From positions 1 through 61,221 of IMG/VR virus record IMGVR_UViG_3300049790_000015: 61,221 nt of DNA. One strand, given 5' to 3'. This DNA comes from a virus (taxonomy: Duplodnaviria; Caudoviricetes). The position numbers were made by a program, and so were the translations under genes. The first letter of the stretch is position 1. Every line of letters begins with the position of its first letter. Below are positions 9,182 to 18,520 of this stretch, piece after piece. The notes beneath the pieces were generated by a model. The model did no database searches, was not told the DNA's origin, and saw only the letters and a list, made by a program, of their open reading frames with translations.

Positions 9182-9628
9182 CTACCGGGCGACCAGGACC
9201 AGGATAATCAGCGCCCATACCGGTATGTACAGTGCCCAGCGTCCGAGGTAGGTCACGAATGCGTGGGCGTATGCCTGCCGGTGCCTGCGCATGCCAGGCC
9301 GGACCATCCTCGTGATCTTGGTCTCGATTGCGTGGCAGGTGGGGCACATCGGCCGAAGAACGATCAGCGGCGCGTCGCCGACCCCCCACCGGTAGGTGAG
9401 ATGGTTCAACTGCAGCGACCGCTGGACTGACCAGAAGCCGACCCCGCGTCCGCGCCTCCGGCACCAGAAGCACCGACGTCGCATCCATGGGCGCCGAGCC
9501 GCCTTACGCCAGTACTCGGCCTTGGTCCGCTCCCAGGCCGGTCCGTACTGTGCCGACCACTCGTCCCACCCACCTCCCTGCCCGCGTGATCGAGCCCGGG
9601 TCAGCCCCGGTCGGGTTCGCGTGCTCAT
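9182..9628 (-). CDS. HNH-like zinc-binding protein with C-terminal TM anchor
   Basis: CFWC...NHLTY...MCPTCH followed by a hydrophobic C-terminus. Confidence 0.65.
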   Translation of the reverse strand: MSTRTRPGLTRARSRGQGGGWDEWSAQYGPAWERTKAEYWRKAARRPWMRRRCFWCRRRGRGVGFWSVQRSLQLNHLTYRWGVGDAPLIVLRPMCPTCHAIETKITRMVRPGMRRHRQAYAHAFVTYLGRWALYIPVWALIILVLVAR

Positions 9629-9759
9629 GAGATGAAGATCCCGATGAACACGCCCACGATGAACACGACCAACAGGCCCGTGAACACCGCCCCGAGCGCG
9701 ACCTCGATACGCGCCTCCGATCGCGGGTGGTACTCGACCGGCCGGCTCAATCGCGGCAT
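9625..9759 (-). CDS. Small membrane protein, 44 aa (not in ORF track)
   Basis: MPRLSRPVEYHPRSEARIEVALGAVFTGLLVVFIVGVFIGIFIS; AAGGAG RBS; ATGA overlap with next gene. Confidence 0.7.
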   Translation of the reverse strand: MPRLSRPVEYHPRSEARIEVALGAVFTGLLVVFIVGVFIGIFIS

Positions 9760-9792
9760 TTCTGTGCTCCTTTCGTTGTCGACCCCGCCCGC

Positions 9793-10083
9793 CTACCGGG
9801 TGGGGATGATGAGCCCGGACGGCGCGACGTGCGGCCGTCCGCGCAGCTTCGCGGCGTGCTGCTTGAACAGGTCGCCGAGCTGGTCGACGTAATCCGGCGG
9901 AGCGAACAGGATCGTCGACCCGCAGGGCGTGTCGAACCGGAGAACCGCGATCGGCGACCCGTCCGGCCCGGCCATCTGGGCCAGCGAGGTCGTGAACTGC
10001 ACCGGCTGTGGGGTCACCGCGCCCTGCGGAGCCTCGCCCGGGGTCGCCCCCTGCTGCTGCCCCGCCTGCATCTCGCCTTCCAT
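9793..10083 (-). CDS. Hypothetical protein, 96 aa
   Basis: GAGGAGG RBS. Confidence 0.7.
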   Translation of the reverse strand: MEGEMQAGQQQGATPGEAPQGAVTPQPVQFTTSLAQMAGPDGSPIAVLRFDTPCGSTILFAPPDYVDQLGDLFKQHAAKLRGRPHVAPSGLIIPTR

Positions 10084-10145
10084 GCTGCCTCCTCATTTAC
10101 GGTGTCTTCGAGACACGCCGTGTTACTGGACTAGCAAAACACGAC

Positions 10146-10183
10146 GGAGCCGGCTCCCACAACCTCTGGGAGCCGGCTCCGTT
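10146..10183. terminator. Strong hairpin, probable terminator
   Basis: acggagccggctccca-caacctc-tgggagccggctccgt. Confidence 0.6.
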
Positions 10184-10212
10184 ACGTGACGGGAGTTACC
10201 CGTTGTCGGTTG

Positions 10213-10461
10213 TCACCACGTCCGCTCCCGTCGCTTGCAGGTCACACGGTACTTGCGGCGCAGACCGAGAGCCGCCTCGATCCGGACGTCGATGTCGCCG
10301 TCCTCGAACCGGAACTGGGACGCCCAGACCGCGAGCTGCGGAATCGGCCATCGCGTCTCCACCAGGACGTCGCGGTTGCCGGGCCGCCCGCCCTCGTTCA
10401 CGCGCCGGGCGACCCCCTTCCGGTGTGCCCAGTTCCGAACGGCGGTCTCGGCCCGATTCAC
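10213..10461 (-). CDS. Hypothetical protein, 82 aa
   Basis: GTGA-coupled to the upstream gene. Confidence 0.6.
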   Translation of the reverse strand: MNRAETAVRNWAHRKGVARRVNEGGRPGNRDVLVETRWPIPQLAVWASQFRFEDGDIDVRIEAALGLRRKYRVTCKRRERTW

Positions 10462-11225
10462 GTCCGGGTCCGCCCTTCAAGCCAAGCCAGCGCCGTGGCT
10501 ATCGCATTTTGCGTCATGGTTGTTGCAGTCGTGCTAGCGTCAGAAGGTCGCATCGGAAGCCAAGCCCGAGCCGCCCCCACCAGCACCTGCAGCGCATCCG
10601 CCAACTCGCGCTCCTCGTCGAGCGATTGCCGCAGATAGACAGCGAGATCGAGAATCTCTTCATACGCGTCTTGGGTCGAGTTCCGGCCGTTGAACGCGCG
10701 TAGCGGCGTGCCGTACCGGCGCACTCCGAGCGCGAGCCGCCCGCTCAGGTCGCGCATCACCTGCTCGTGAACGACCGGCCCGGTCCCGGTCTGGCGCGGC
10801 ATCGGCTGGCTGTCCCCCGCGCGGCCGGCTCGGGTGGGGGTCGTCCGGCCCTCTCCCTTGGCCGTGGTGAACACGGCGGGGCGGCTCCGGCTACCCGAGC
10901 CGCCCTCCTCGGAGAGCCGCATCCCGCCGCTGCCGTCACCGTGCAGGAAGATCCGGTCGTAATGCGCCTGCGCGTCCTCGTACGTGAGCGCGTGGACAAC
11001 CGCCGGACCATCCTGCGGCTTGGCCGCCTCCGGGTGGGTCTCGGTCGCGAGCTGGTGGGGAGTGCAACCGCACAAATAGGCAGGGTTGAGGTCGCCCACC
11101 GTGGTCACATCCACCGCGTTCGGACACATCCGCCCGTTCGCGTGCCGGACCTCACGTCGGTTCCCCACCGCGTCCGCGATCCGATCGATGACCGACCGTG
11201 TGTCTTCCGGGTCGTCGCTGGTCAC
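10458..11225 (-). CDS. MazG/all-alpha NTP pyrophosphohydrolase-like protein
   Basis: C-terminal GVRRYGTPL...AYEEILDLAVYL (EExxD metal motif). Confidence 0.6.
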   Translation of the reverse strand: MTSDDPEDTRSVIDRIADAVGNRREVRHANGRMCPNAVDVTTVGDLNPAYLCGCTPHQLATETHPEAAKPQDGPAVVHALTYEDAQAHYDRIFLHGDGSGGMRLSEEGGSGSRSRPAVFTTAKGEGRTTPTRAGRAGDSQPMPRQTGTGPVVHEQVMRDLSGRLALGVRRYGTPLRAFNGRNSTQDAYEEILDLAVYLRQSLDEERELADALQVLVGAARAWLPMRPSDASTTATTMTQNAIATALAWLEGRTRT

Positions 11226-11431
11226 CGTGTCCCCCCGATGAATCGCTTCCGGACCCAGAACGCCGCGATGGTGAGTCCGAATGCAGTGTACAGGCCGGCG
11301 ACCACGCCGTATGTCACGTCCTGTCGGTCGATCGAGGACCACACCCCAATTGCACCCCACGCGATGAACCACGTGGCGATAATCGCCTCGATCGCGAGCC
11401 CGATCCGGGTCGGCTTTCCCTTTTGTGTCAC
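11222..11431 (-). CDS. Small two-TM membrane protein
   Basis: 69 aa; two hydrophobic helices; coupled to the polymerase stop. Confidence 0.7.
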   Translation of the reverse strand: MTQKGKPTRIGLAIEAIIATWFIAWGAIGVWSSIDRQDVTYGVVAGLYTAFGLTIAAFWVRKRFIGGTR

Positions 11432-13467
11432 AGTCTGGCCCCTTCTGACTCCAATGTGATGTCGGTCCCGCCCACTACGTCAAACATCGCCTCGAACAGA
11501 CGGGCGCCTTCCTTCGCGATGTCCTCGACCCGCCACTCCTCCCCGTGCGGGACCTCCAGGTAACACGCGTCGTGCACCCAGTTGACCAGGATGCCGGGGT
11601 GGCTGTCCTCGACGTACAACATCCACTCGGTTCCCAGTTCGGCCAGGCTCGCTTGCACGAACCGGTTGAAGGCTTTGTGCAGGTCGTGGGCGCGCTCGTC
11701 CGGGAGGAACCAGCACAGCCGGCCGTTGATCAGCCGGACGTACCCGCGCTGCTCGGCCGATTCCATCGCGGCCATGACCGCATGCCGGAACTCGGGGTAC
11801 AACTCGTACTTCCACTTTGACACCATCGGCTCGATCTTGGCAAGGGGCCACTCGATGCCGATCTTGCTCAAGCTGGCTTGGAACGTCTTCGCCCCGACAT
11901 CGAAGATCAGCGAGAAGTTGCCTCGCTTCGCGACGTTCCGCATCATCTTCCACTCGGGCGAGTCCGGCGTCACCCCGAACAGCGACGTCGCGGTGATGCC
12001 GTGCGCGTCCGCGCCGGAGGTCACCAGGTCGAGCATGCGTGGGCAGGGAGCCCACCGGGCGGCCACTCGCAGTTCGGCTTGCGCGAGGTCGATCGAGTAG
12101 AGCGAATGCCCCGGCGTCGCGACAATGCAATTGTGGATCGTCGGGCAGCCCGAGGGCAGCCGGTCGGTGAGCTGGTAGTCGTTGGGGATCGCCTGCAGGT
12201 TCACCCGCGAAACCGAGGTCCGGCCGCTCCGCACGCTGGTCTGGTTGAACGACTGCCGGAGCCGGCCGTCGGAGCCGACCATGCCCGGGTATGCCTCGTA
12301 CCACTTCGACAGCGCGTCGTCCAGTTGCTTCCACAGAAAGTAGTCGGCCGCATGCGGTATCTTCCGTTTCGCCATCTTCCGGGCGATCTCGGCATCGAGC
12401 TTGGGCTTGCCGGTCTCGGTCGTGTCCAACGGCTCCAGGCGCGGCCCGTTGCCGCCCGGGTTTCCGGCTGGATCAAACCAATACCGCTTCGCATGATTCA
12501 AGTTCAGGTCGTTTCCGGGCTGCCCGGGCCGGAAGCCGAACGGCAACCGAGCCGCGACCTCGGACTTATATGCGTGGATCTGCGCGGCGCCCTCCAAGCA
12601 TTTCTGCGCGTCGAATGGCATGCCGCGTCGCTCCATCAAGTGCAACACCCGTGCTTTGCGGAACTCGCGCCGGATCCAGCCCTCGACCTTGCGCCGGTCC
12701 TCCTCGCAGTGATCGCGCCACTCGGCGAGCTTGCGCGCCTGCAGCACCCGCTCCCGCGCGGTCAGTTCCGCGTCGAGCGTCGCGTACCCGCGCATCAGGT
12801 CCCACTCAACCAGGTCGTATCGCTTCGGGAGCTTGCGCTTGGAAAGCGCCGCGAGGTCGCGCTTGAGCCGCTCCTCGTCGTCCTTCTCCATCCCGGCCTT
12901 GTACCCGCCTCGGACCTGCACTAGGTCGGGGGTGGTCCGCCAGTTCGCGGGGTCAAGCGCGCGCAGCCTGACGGCCGCCTCCTTGAGCGCCGGGCTGTAG
13001 GTCGGCCAGATCTCCTTGTTGGCGATGATCACGTCCCACACGACCTGGTCGAACAGGTCGAAACTGCCGGACCATCCTGGCCTGTCTACCCCGACTTCCA
13101 TCACAGTGCTGTCGAACGTCGCGTTGGCCATGACCAGTTTGCGCCTGTCGAGCCACACCCACAGAGCGTCCCACTCAGACCGAGGCAGGCAGAACGGGCC
13201 TTCCTGCTCCCAGAGCGACGCCTGCCCGGTCCATTCGCGCTTGTGCTGGGTCAGGCCCTGGTTGAACGGGAACGCGGCCGTCTGCACCCAGTCGGGTTTG
13301 CCCGGGATGAACCAGGCCATGGTGACTGTGGAAACGCGGGCGCCATCGTCGACGTGCAGGCCCGAGCCTTCTGTGTCTAGGCTGATTTCGACGTAGGGCG
13401 GCAGGTTGGGCAGGTCCGACGGCCGCTCGATCACAGGCAGCATCGCGGCCGGTAGCGCGGTGGCCAT
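11428..13467 (-). CDS. polA: Family A DNA polymerase with 3'-5' exonuclease (DpoZ candidate)
   Basis: Exo I LDTEG; SGRTS..NLQAIP; motif A DLAQAELR; motif B RNVAKRGNFSLIF; motif C VHDA. Confidence 0.95.
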   Translation of the reverse strand: MATALPAAMLPVIERPSDLPNLPPYVEISLDTEGSGLHVDDGARVSTVTMAWFIPGKPDWVQTAAFPFNQGLTQHKREWTGQASLWEQEGPFCLPRSEWDALWVWLDRRKLVMANATFDSTVMEVGVDRPGWSGSFDLFDQVVWDVIIANKEIWPTYSPALKEAAVRLRALDPANWRTTPDLVQVRGGYKAGMEKDDEERLKRDLAALSKRKLPKRYDLVEWDLMRGYATLDAELTARERVLQARKLAEWRDHCEEDRRKVEGWIRREFRKARVLHLMERRGMPFDAQKCLEGAAQIHAYKSEVAARLPFGFRPGQPGNDLNLNHAKRYWFDPAGNPGGNGPRLEPLDTTETGKPKLDAEIARKMAKRKIPHAADYFLWKQLDDALSKWYEAYPGMVGSDGRLRQSFNQTSVRSGRTSVSRVNLQAIPNDYQLTDRLPSGCPTIHNCIVATPGHSLYSIDLAQAELRVAARWAPCPRMLDLVTSGADAHGITATSLFGVTPDSPEWKMMRNVAKRGNFSLIFDVGAKTFQASLSKIGIEWPLAKIEPMVSKWKYELYPEFRHAVMAAMESAEQRGYVRLINGRLCWFLPDERAHDLHKAFNRFVQASLAELGTEWMLYVEDSHPGILVNWVHDACYLEVPHGEEWRVEDIAKEGARLFEAMFDVVGGTDITLESEGARL

Positions 13468-13581
13468 GGCGTAGTCTCGTGTCCTTTCCGTGGACGGGGG
13501 GCGGTCTCGTGGGGCTGTCCTGCGGTACGGCGACGGGCGCCCCCGTTAATGTTGGAGGCGCCCGTGCCGGTCAGCGGGAGG

Positions 13582-14025
13582 TCACTCCCACGGGTTCGCG
13601 TCGTCGCCCTTCGCGCTGGCCGCCTTCGCGACGGCGCCGTCAGCCGGGAGCCACGCCCGGATCTTGTTGTTCTGCCTGCCCTGGTAGGTCGACACCGTCA
13701 CGTCGACCTGGACGATCTCGTCGACGAACTCGCTCTCGTCCGAGTCGAGCGTCAGGCCGCACGCGACGAACGGCGCCTTGAGCAGACCGGCCGCCTCCGG
13801 CTTGTGGCTCGCGGTGTACCACAGCCGCGCCTCGCGGACGCCCTGGTCGGGGAGCACGACCAGCTCCCACTCGGCGTTGGTGCTGTTGCCGTCCTTGCTC
13901 GGCTTGGACAGCGTGGCCTTGGTGATCCGCGCCCGGTAGATCCCGGCCTTGATCGGCTCGAACCCGCCGGTCGACACGTCGGCCGTCTCGGCAGTGGCCG
14001 CGACCGCACTGGGAAGCTTCGCCAT
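13582..14025 (-). CDS. Single-stranded DNA-binding protein (DUF669-like)
   Basis: GGFEPIKAGIYRARI...NNKI motif; acidic C-terminus DDANPWE; next to AAA ATPase. Confidence 0.7.
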   Translation of the reverse strand: MAKLPSAVAATAETADVSTGGFEPIKAGIYRARITKATLSKPSKDGNSTNAEWELVVLPDQGVREARLWYTASHKPEAAGLLKAPFVACGLTLDSDESEFVDEIVQVDVTVSTYQGRQNNKIRAWLPADGAVAKAASAKGDDANPWE

Positions 14026-14190
14026 GATGTGTTGCTCCTTTGGTTGATTTGCCCCGTGTCGGGCTTCTTCTCTTCTCCTACGCGGCCAGGTTGGTTTTAC
14101 CCCGCTCCCCTGACCATGCGGCACTCCCCGTAGCAGCCGGCCGCAGCCCCACTCACCCGCACCCGCGACGAATCGCGGGGTATTGGGAGT

Positions 14191-15150
14191 CTACTCGGCG
14201 TCCGGCTCGGGCGCCGTGGTCGGAGGGGCCTCGACGGGCGCCGTCCCCGCCTTCGCGGCCTGGAACAGCTCGTCGGTCTCCTTGGTCAGCTCGCCATCGA
14301 CGTACGCGCGGAGCCGGCTGAACGTCGGGTCGGGCAGGCACTTCGGCAGCACGCCATCCCGGTCCTTCGCGCGGTACTTCCCGCCGTGCGCGGCCGTCCA
14401 GCCGACGTACAGCCCCTGTGGGTTGATCTCGGTGTGGATCAGCATGTCAACGAACCCCGGGATGTCGCCCATGAGCGCCGGGGTGACCGACGGGCCGTAC
14501 GCGACCTTGCCGTCATGGTCGGTGTCGCGGCGCATGAGCGCCGTCATCCCGAAGTGGCACTCCAGGTCCCGGAACCACCGTAGGAGCGTGCCGACCTGCT
14601 TGGCGACCACGCCGTAGTCGTTCCGCTCGGTCGCCCAGCGATCGCGCGGCTTGCCGCTGCCCTGCGCGGCCCGGAAGGCGCGCGCCCCCTCGTTCGCGAG
14701 CAGGACCCGCACGATCTCAGTGATCGAGTCGAACGTGACCCCAGCGACCGAGCCCGGGTTGTGCTGTAGCTGCAGTTTGGTCTGGAAGTACAGTGTCTCC
14801 AGGCCGTTGAACGTGAGCTTCTCGCCCGGTCGCGGCCACACCATGATGTTGTCGACCTCGACCCCGCGACGAGCCAGCGCCCGCGACTTGAGCCCCGCCT
14901 CGGCGTTGATCGCGAGAATCGGACCGAGGTTCGCCATGTACGCCAGGTGGGTGCTCTTGCCGGTGCCCTCCTCGCCGTAGAGGCAGACCGACATGTACTC
15001 GCGCTCCGGCGCGAGCGGAGCCGGGTCGTCCCAGAACGAGCCGGCCAGGTTCTTGTCGCCGCTGTATTCGTCCGGACCGAGATCAACCACGCGCTCCGCG
15101 ACCGCCGAGCCCGCCATGACGGCGGGTGTTGCAACTGCGCCCTTGGGCAT
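14191..15150 (-). CDS. AAA ATPase (Sak4/AAA_24-like recombination protein)
   Basis: LYGEEGTGKS Walker A; TFDSIT Walker B; AKDR near the C-terminus. Confidence 0.8.
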   Translation of the reverse strand: MPKGAVATPAVMAGSAVAERVVDLGPDEYSGDKNLAGSFWDDPAPLAPEREYMSVCLYGEEGTGKSTHLAYMANLGPILAINAEAGLKSRALARRGVEVDNIMVWPRPGEKLTFNGLETLYFQTKLQLQHNPGSVAGVTFDSITEIVRVLLANEGARAFRAAQGSGKPRDRWATERNDYGVVAKQVGTLLRWFRDLECHFGMTALMRRDTDHDGKVAYGPSVTPALMGDIPGFVDMLIHTEINPQGLYVGWTAAHGGKYRAKDRDGVLPKCLPDPTFSRLRAYVDGELTKETDELFQAAKAGTAPVEAPPTTAPEPDAE

Positions 15151-15169
15151 TGGGTGCCCTCCCTCTCTC

Positions 15170-15209
15170 TTATATCTCTATCTAATCACGCGCCGTGCCG
15201 CTCGGTCAA
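15170..15209 (-). promoter_or_regulatory. Family A promoter variant
   Basis: TTGACC-gagcGGCACGGcgcgtga-TTAGAT. Confidence 0.7.
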
Positions 15210-15273
15210 TACCCACCTAACGTGGCGCCCCGGGTGGTCCGTGTCACACCACCCGGAGCGCCTGCGGTTCCCG

Positions 15274-15567
15274 TCAGTTCATCGCGCCATGCAGGCCAAT
15301 CGGGAGCCCCATCCGGTCTTGCGGTCCGAAGAACAGCATCGGTCGAACCTGCCGCCCATCCGGCGGTTGCGGGCAGTCGGGCGAGGTCGGCAGAAGAACC
15401 ATGATCGTGCCGGTTCCCTGCCAGTAGATGACGTCACACCCATCAGGGTGGTTTCGCACGAGCCCGCCGGTCTTGTTCTCCACGCCATCGACCTCGCGGT
15501 CACAGGAGGACTCGTGAGATAGCCAGGTCCAGGCCGGTCCGTGCACCTCGACCTCGTCGCCGGTCAC
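15274..15567 (-). CDS. Hypothetical protein, 97 aa
   Basis: Translationally coupled ORF. Confidence 0.55.
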   Translation of the reverse strand: MTGDEVEVHGPAWTWLSHESSCDREVDGVENKTGGLVRNHPDGCDVIYWQGTGTIMVLLPTSPDCPQPPDGRQVRPMLFFGPQDRMGLPIGLHGAMN

Positions 15568-15893
15568 CGAACAGGCCCGACCCTCATGGTGATGGTCGTG
15601 GTCGCCACGATCCGGACGAGCGTCGAATTGGCGACCTCGACTCTGGTCGACGTGACGCGCGGCTCCGACACGCCGTGCACGTGGAACCGGCCGCCGTCAG
15701 GCACGCCCACGTTGAACCCCGCTTCGATGTCCTTCGCCAGCTCCCAGTCCAGCGCCGGATCGTGACCGCCGAGCCCGATGAAGGACGGCCGCTCCCGCTC
15801 CGCCCGATCGAGCGCCGAGTCCGGGTCGGGCACGATGTCGTCGTCGTACGAGGGGCGGGCCGGCACTGCCGGACCATCCTGCGCTGTGCTCAC
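15564..15893 (-). CDS. Hypothetical protein
   Basis: GTG start overlaps the upstream stop; carries a family B repeat (QDGPAV). Confidence 0.6.
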   Translation of the reverse strand: MSTAQDGPAVPARPSYDDDIVPDPDSALDRAERERPSFIGLGGHDPALDWELAKDIEAGFNVGVPDGGRFHVHGVSEPRVTSTRVEVANSTLVRIVATTTITMRVGPVR

Positions 15894-16330
15894 AACAGAA
15901 CCGCCTTCCATAGCATTCCGTTTTCGTCACGGAGCACGATCGCCCCGTCCGTTGATGTGCCGATCCGCTCGAACTGGAACGGCAGCGGCAGTTCGGCCGG
16001 CTTCGGGTCCGCCTCCAACGCGCGTAGCGCGGGCGTCTGCTCGTAGAACCACGCCTGCCCCGCGATCACCACGTGGATCTTGCCGACCCCGCTGTCCTCG
16101 ACCCGCGTGATGAGCCCGCGAACGGCGGCGCGCATGGACGCCGGAGCGAAGTTGGGGAAGTGCGCCTCCAGGGCCGTCATGTTGACGACGGCGCCCTCTC
16201 GCGACTGTAGGTACGCCAACACGGCGGAACTGATACCGTGCGTCCGGGTCCGCTTCACGGCCGGCTCGGGCATCCCGATCGGAGCGGGCCGCAACGCGCG
16301 GGGGTCAGTCGATCTTGGTCGGTCCGGCAT
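15890..16330 (-). CDS. Putative winged-helix DNA-binding protein
   Basis: AVLAYLQ...MTALEAHF...SMRAAVRGL helical pattern; GGAGG RBS. Confidence 0.55.
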   Translation of the reverse strand: MPDRPRSTDPRALRPAPIGMPEPAVKRTRTHGISSAVLAYLQSREGAVVNMTALEAHFPNFAPASMRAAVRGLITRVEDSGVGKIHVVIAGQAWFYEQTPALRALEADPKPAELPLPFQFERIGTSTDGAIVLRDENGMLWKAVLL

Positions 16331-16595
16331 CGCCGTCCTCCTGGTTCTGTCGCACCCAGTATGCGACGAGCCGCACTGTGCAGGCTGGGCAGAACCAGCC
16401 GACCCCGCGCGGGATCTGGGTCTTTCCGGGGGTGACGTCCGCGACGAAACGCGGCTCGGTGGGCATGATGAGCCGAGTCGCGTTGTCGTCACCGTGCTCG
16501 GCCGAGATGCACCGGACGGCCTGCGAAAACGCCACGGTCCTCGCAGGCTCGACCATCCGGTTCACCTGGACCCGAGCGTCCGGGTAGTAACGCAC
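16305..16595 (-). CDS. Hypothetical protein with C..H...CPAC
   Basis: AAGGAG RBS; 96 aa. Confidence 0.6.
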   Translation of the reverse strand: MRYYPDARVQVNRMVEPARTVAFSQAVRCISAEHGDDNATRLIMPTEPRFVADVTPGKTQIPRGVGWFCPACTVRLVAYWVRQNQEDGDAGPTKID

Positions 16596-16604
16596 GTAGT
16601 CTCC

Positions 16605-17549
16605 TTAGTGCCGGGTTGGATCCTGCTGATACCCGGTGTCGGTCAGGTAGGCGCGGAGCGGCACGGTGCCGCGCCGGGCCGCGATGTGCGCATTTGCGTA
16701 GTCGCACATCCGCTTGCACTGCATCGGGTCCGGAGCCGACGGGGCGTCCCGCCAGTCCGCGTGCCACTCGTACGCGGTCATCGCCGTCTTGACGGCGTCA
16801 ACCGCGATTGCGTGCAGCTCGCCCGGCGTCCGGTCGATCGGCGCGTCCTCAATGTACTCGGCTGGGTCGTGCTTGCCGGTCTTGTGCTGGTACGTCGAGG
16901 TCCACTGGTAGCGCGACCCGAGAACGGGGATGAGGTTCTTCGCGAGCACCCAGGTGTACAGACCGAACTGATCATCCAGTTCGAGCAGCCGGTTTCGGGG
17001 CGCCCCCTGCGGAGCGCCGGTCTTGTGGTCGATCAGCCAGACCCCGCCCGTGATGATGTCGGTGACCACCAGGTCGATCCGGGTCTTGAGCTGGTACCGG
17101 TACTTCCCGCCGAGGTCAGGCAGCGCGAACGTCGGGTCCCACTCGACGTGATGGACGCGCCACCGCTCCTGCAGACCCCGGACGATCAGGTGATTCCGGT
17201 ACATCCACAGGATCGTGTTCAGCGTGTCGTCGTCGGGCTGGGTCGTCAGCTCGTCGATGACGGCCTTGTTGATCTCGGCCCGCTCGTCGACGTCGAACTG
17301 ACGTACCTTGCCCCGCTCGCCGAGCAGCCACGGCGCGGCGCCATCCCACCTGGTCTGGATCTCGGCGATCTTCCCGTAGTGGACCTGCATGACCCGATGC
17401 CAGCGCACGCCGAGCCACCGCGCTCCGCCAGCTGGCTCGGGCTGGCGCCACCGCTCAATGTACGCGAGCTGGTGCTTGAGCGGACACTGTCGCGCGGCGG
17501 CTATCTCCGAATACGAGACGATCTTGACCTCACGAGCGTCCTCACTCAC
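16605..17549 (-). CDS. Cas4/RecB-like PD-(D/E)xK exonuclease
   Basis: SYSEI..QCP, RIDLV, IDHKTG, QFGLY and C-terminal CKRMC. Confidence 0.85.
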   Translation of the reverse strand: MSEDAREVKIVSYSEIAAARQCPLKHQLAYIERWRQPEPAGGARWLGVRWHRVMQVHYGKIAEIQTRWDGAAPWLLGERGKVRQFDVDERAEINKAVIDELTTQPDDDTLNTILWMYRNHLIVRGLQERWRVHHVEWDPTFALPDLGGKYRYQLKTRIDLVVTDIITGGVWLIDHKTGAPQGAPRNRLLELDDQFGLYTWVLAKNLIPVLGSRYQWTSTYQHKTGKHDPAEYIEDAPIDRTPGELHAIAVDAVKTAMTAYEWHADWRDAPSAPDPMQCKRMCDYANAHIAARRGTVPLRAYLTDTGYQQDPTRH

Positions 17550-18334
17550 CGGCCGTTCTCCTCTTCCCACCGGTCGATCTTGTCGTCGGTCACCAGCTCC
17601 GGCGGGTCGTCGTTGTCTCCCTCGTCGTACGCCGGGCCGTCCTCCGCGTCCGCCTCACGCCGGGCGCGCTCCTCGTCCTCGTCCGCGTCCGCCTCGATCT
17701 CGGCGTACGTCTCGGGGTCGTCATCCGGGTCCGGCGCGACCCATCCCGTCTCGCTCACCGGGGTGTTGTCGACGTAGATGGAGGGAGACGGCGGCCACAA
17801 GTCGAGCAGCGGGTTGCCGGTGATCAGCCGGTCGAGTTCGCGGCCAATCCTCCGCTCCGGATACGGACGCTCGCCAATCAGCGGAAGCTCGTCGTCGAAC
17901 AGCGGGATCTTGGGCTGAATCGGCGGGAACACCCGCACCATCGAGTTGCGAGCCGCGATCCGAGCCTGATTCACACGCGCACGGTCCATGGACAGGACAT
18001 AGAGCAGGCCCGTCCGGAGTGTCGAAGTCATGTCCTCCTCGTCGATGCCCGCGATCGAGCCAAGCAGCTCCATCGACTCGTCCAGCTCAGCCGACATGAC
18101 CTCTGCGAACATGGCGTGCGCGAAGTAGACCTCGTGCAGGCCGTACTTCTCGGCCAGCTCCAACCCGCGCTCGTACGTGTAGCAGGACGCCCAGTTCCGG
18201 CCGAACACCGCGAACATCCGGATACGCGCCTGGTCCTCGGACATCGAGGTGAACCGCACGTACGACTTGCCGAGCGAGTCCCCGGTCTGCGGATGCTTGT
18301 GGTCCGGGCCGAATGTGAAGATCCAATCCGCCAT
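17546..18334 (-). CDS. Hypothetical protein with acidic tail
   Basis: GGAGG RBS; own promoter. Confidence 0.7.
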   Translation of the reverse strand: MADWIFTFGPDHKHPQTGDSLGKSYVRFTSMSEDQARIRMFAVFGRNWASCYTYERGLELAEKYGLHEVYFAHAMFAEVMSAELDESMELLGSIAGIDEEDMTSTLRTGLLYVLSMDRARVNQARIAARNSMVRVFPPIQPKIPLFDDELPLIGERPYPERRIGRELDRLITGNPLLDLWPPSPSIYVDNTPVSETGWVAPDPDDDPETYAEIEADADEDEERARREADAEDGPAYDEGDNDDPPELVTDDKIDRWEEENGR

Positions 18335-18367
18335 CTGTACCTCCGGTGGTGGGGGCGGTCTGTCGAT

Positions 18368-18405
18368 CTATCTCCAGTTAACCACACGACGTGCCGTCGG
18401 GGCAA
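18368..18405 (-). promoter_or_regulatory. Family A promoter variant
   Basis: TTGCCC-cgacGGCACGtcgtgtgg-TTAACT. Confidence 0.7.
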
Positions 18406-18520
18406 GACAGGGGCGTGTGGCGTACGCCACGGGCTCGAGCCGTTCCCCGAACATGGAGCGACCCCCGACCCGGGATTTGCTCAACCGGGGCGGGGGTCCG
18501 CTTCTGGGCCTTGCCGTGCG

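Noticed and set aside
16605-17549. Cas4-like gene as evidence of a CRISPR-Cas system
   Set aside because: No repeat-spacer array or other cas genes were seen. It sits with the AAA ATPase and SSB as a standard phage recombination exonuclease.
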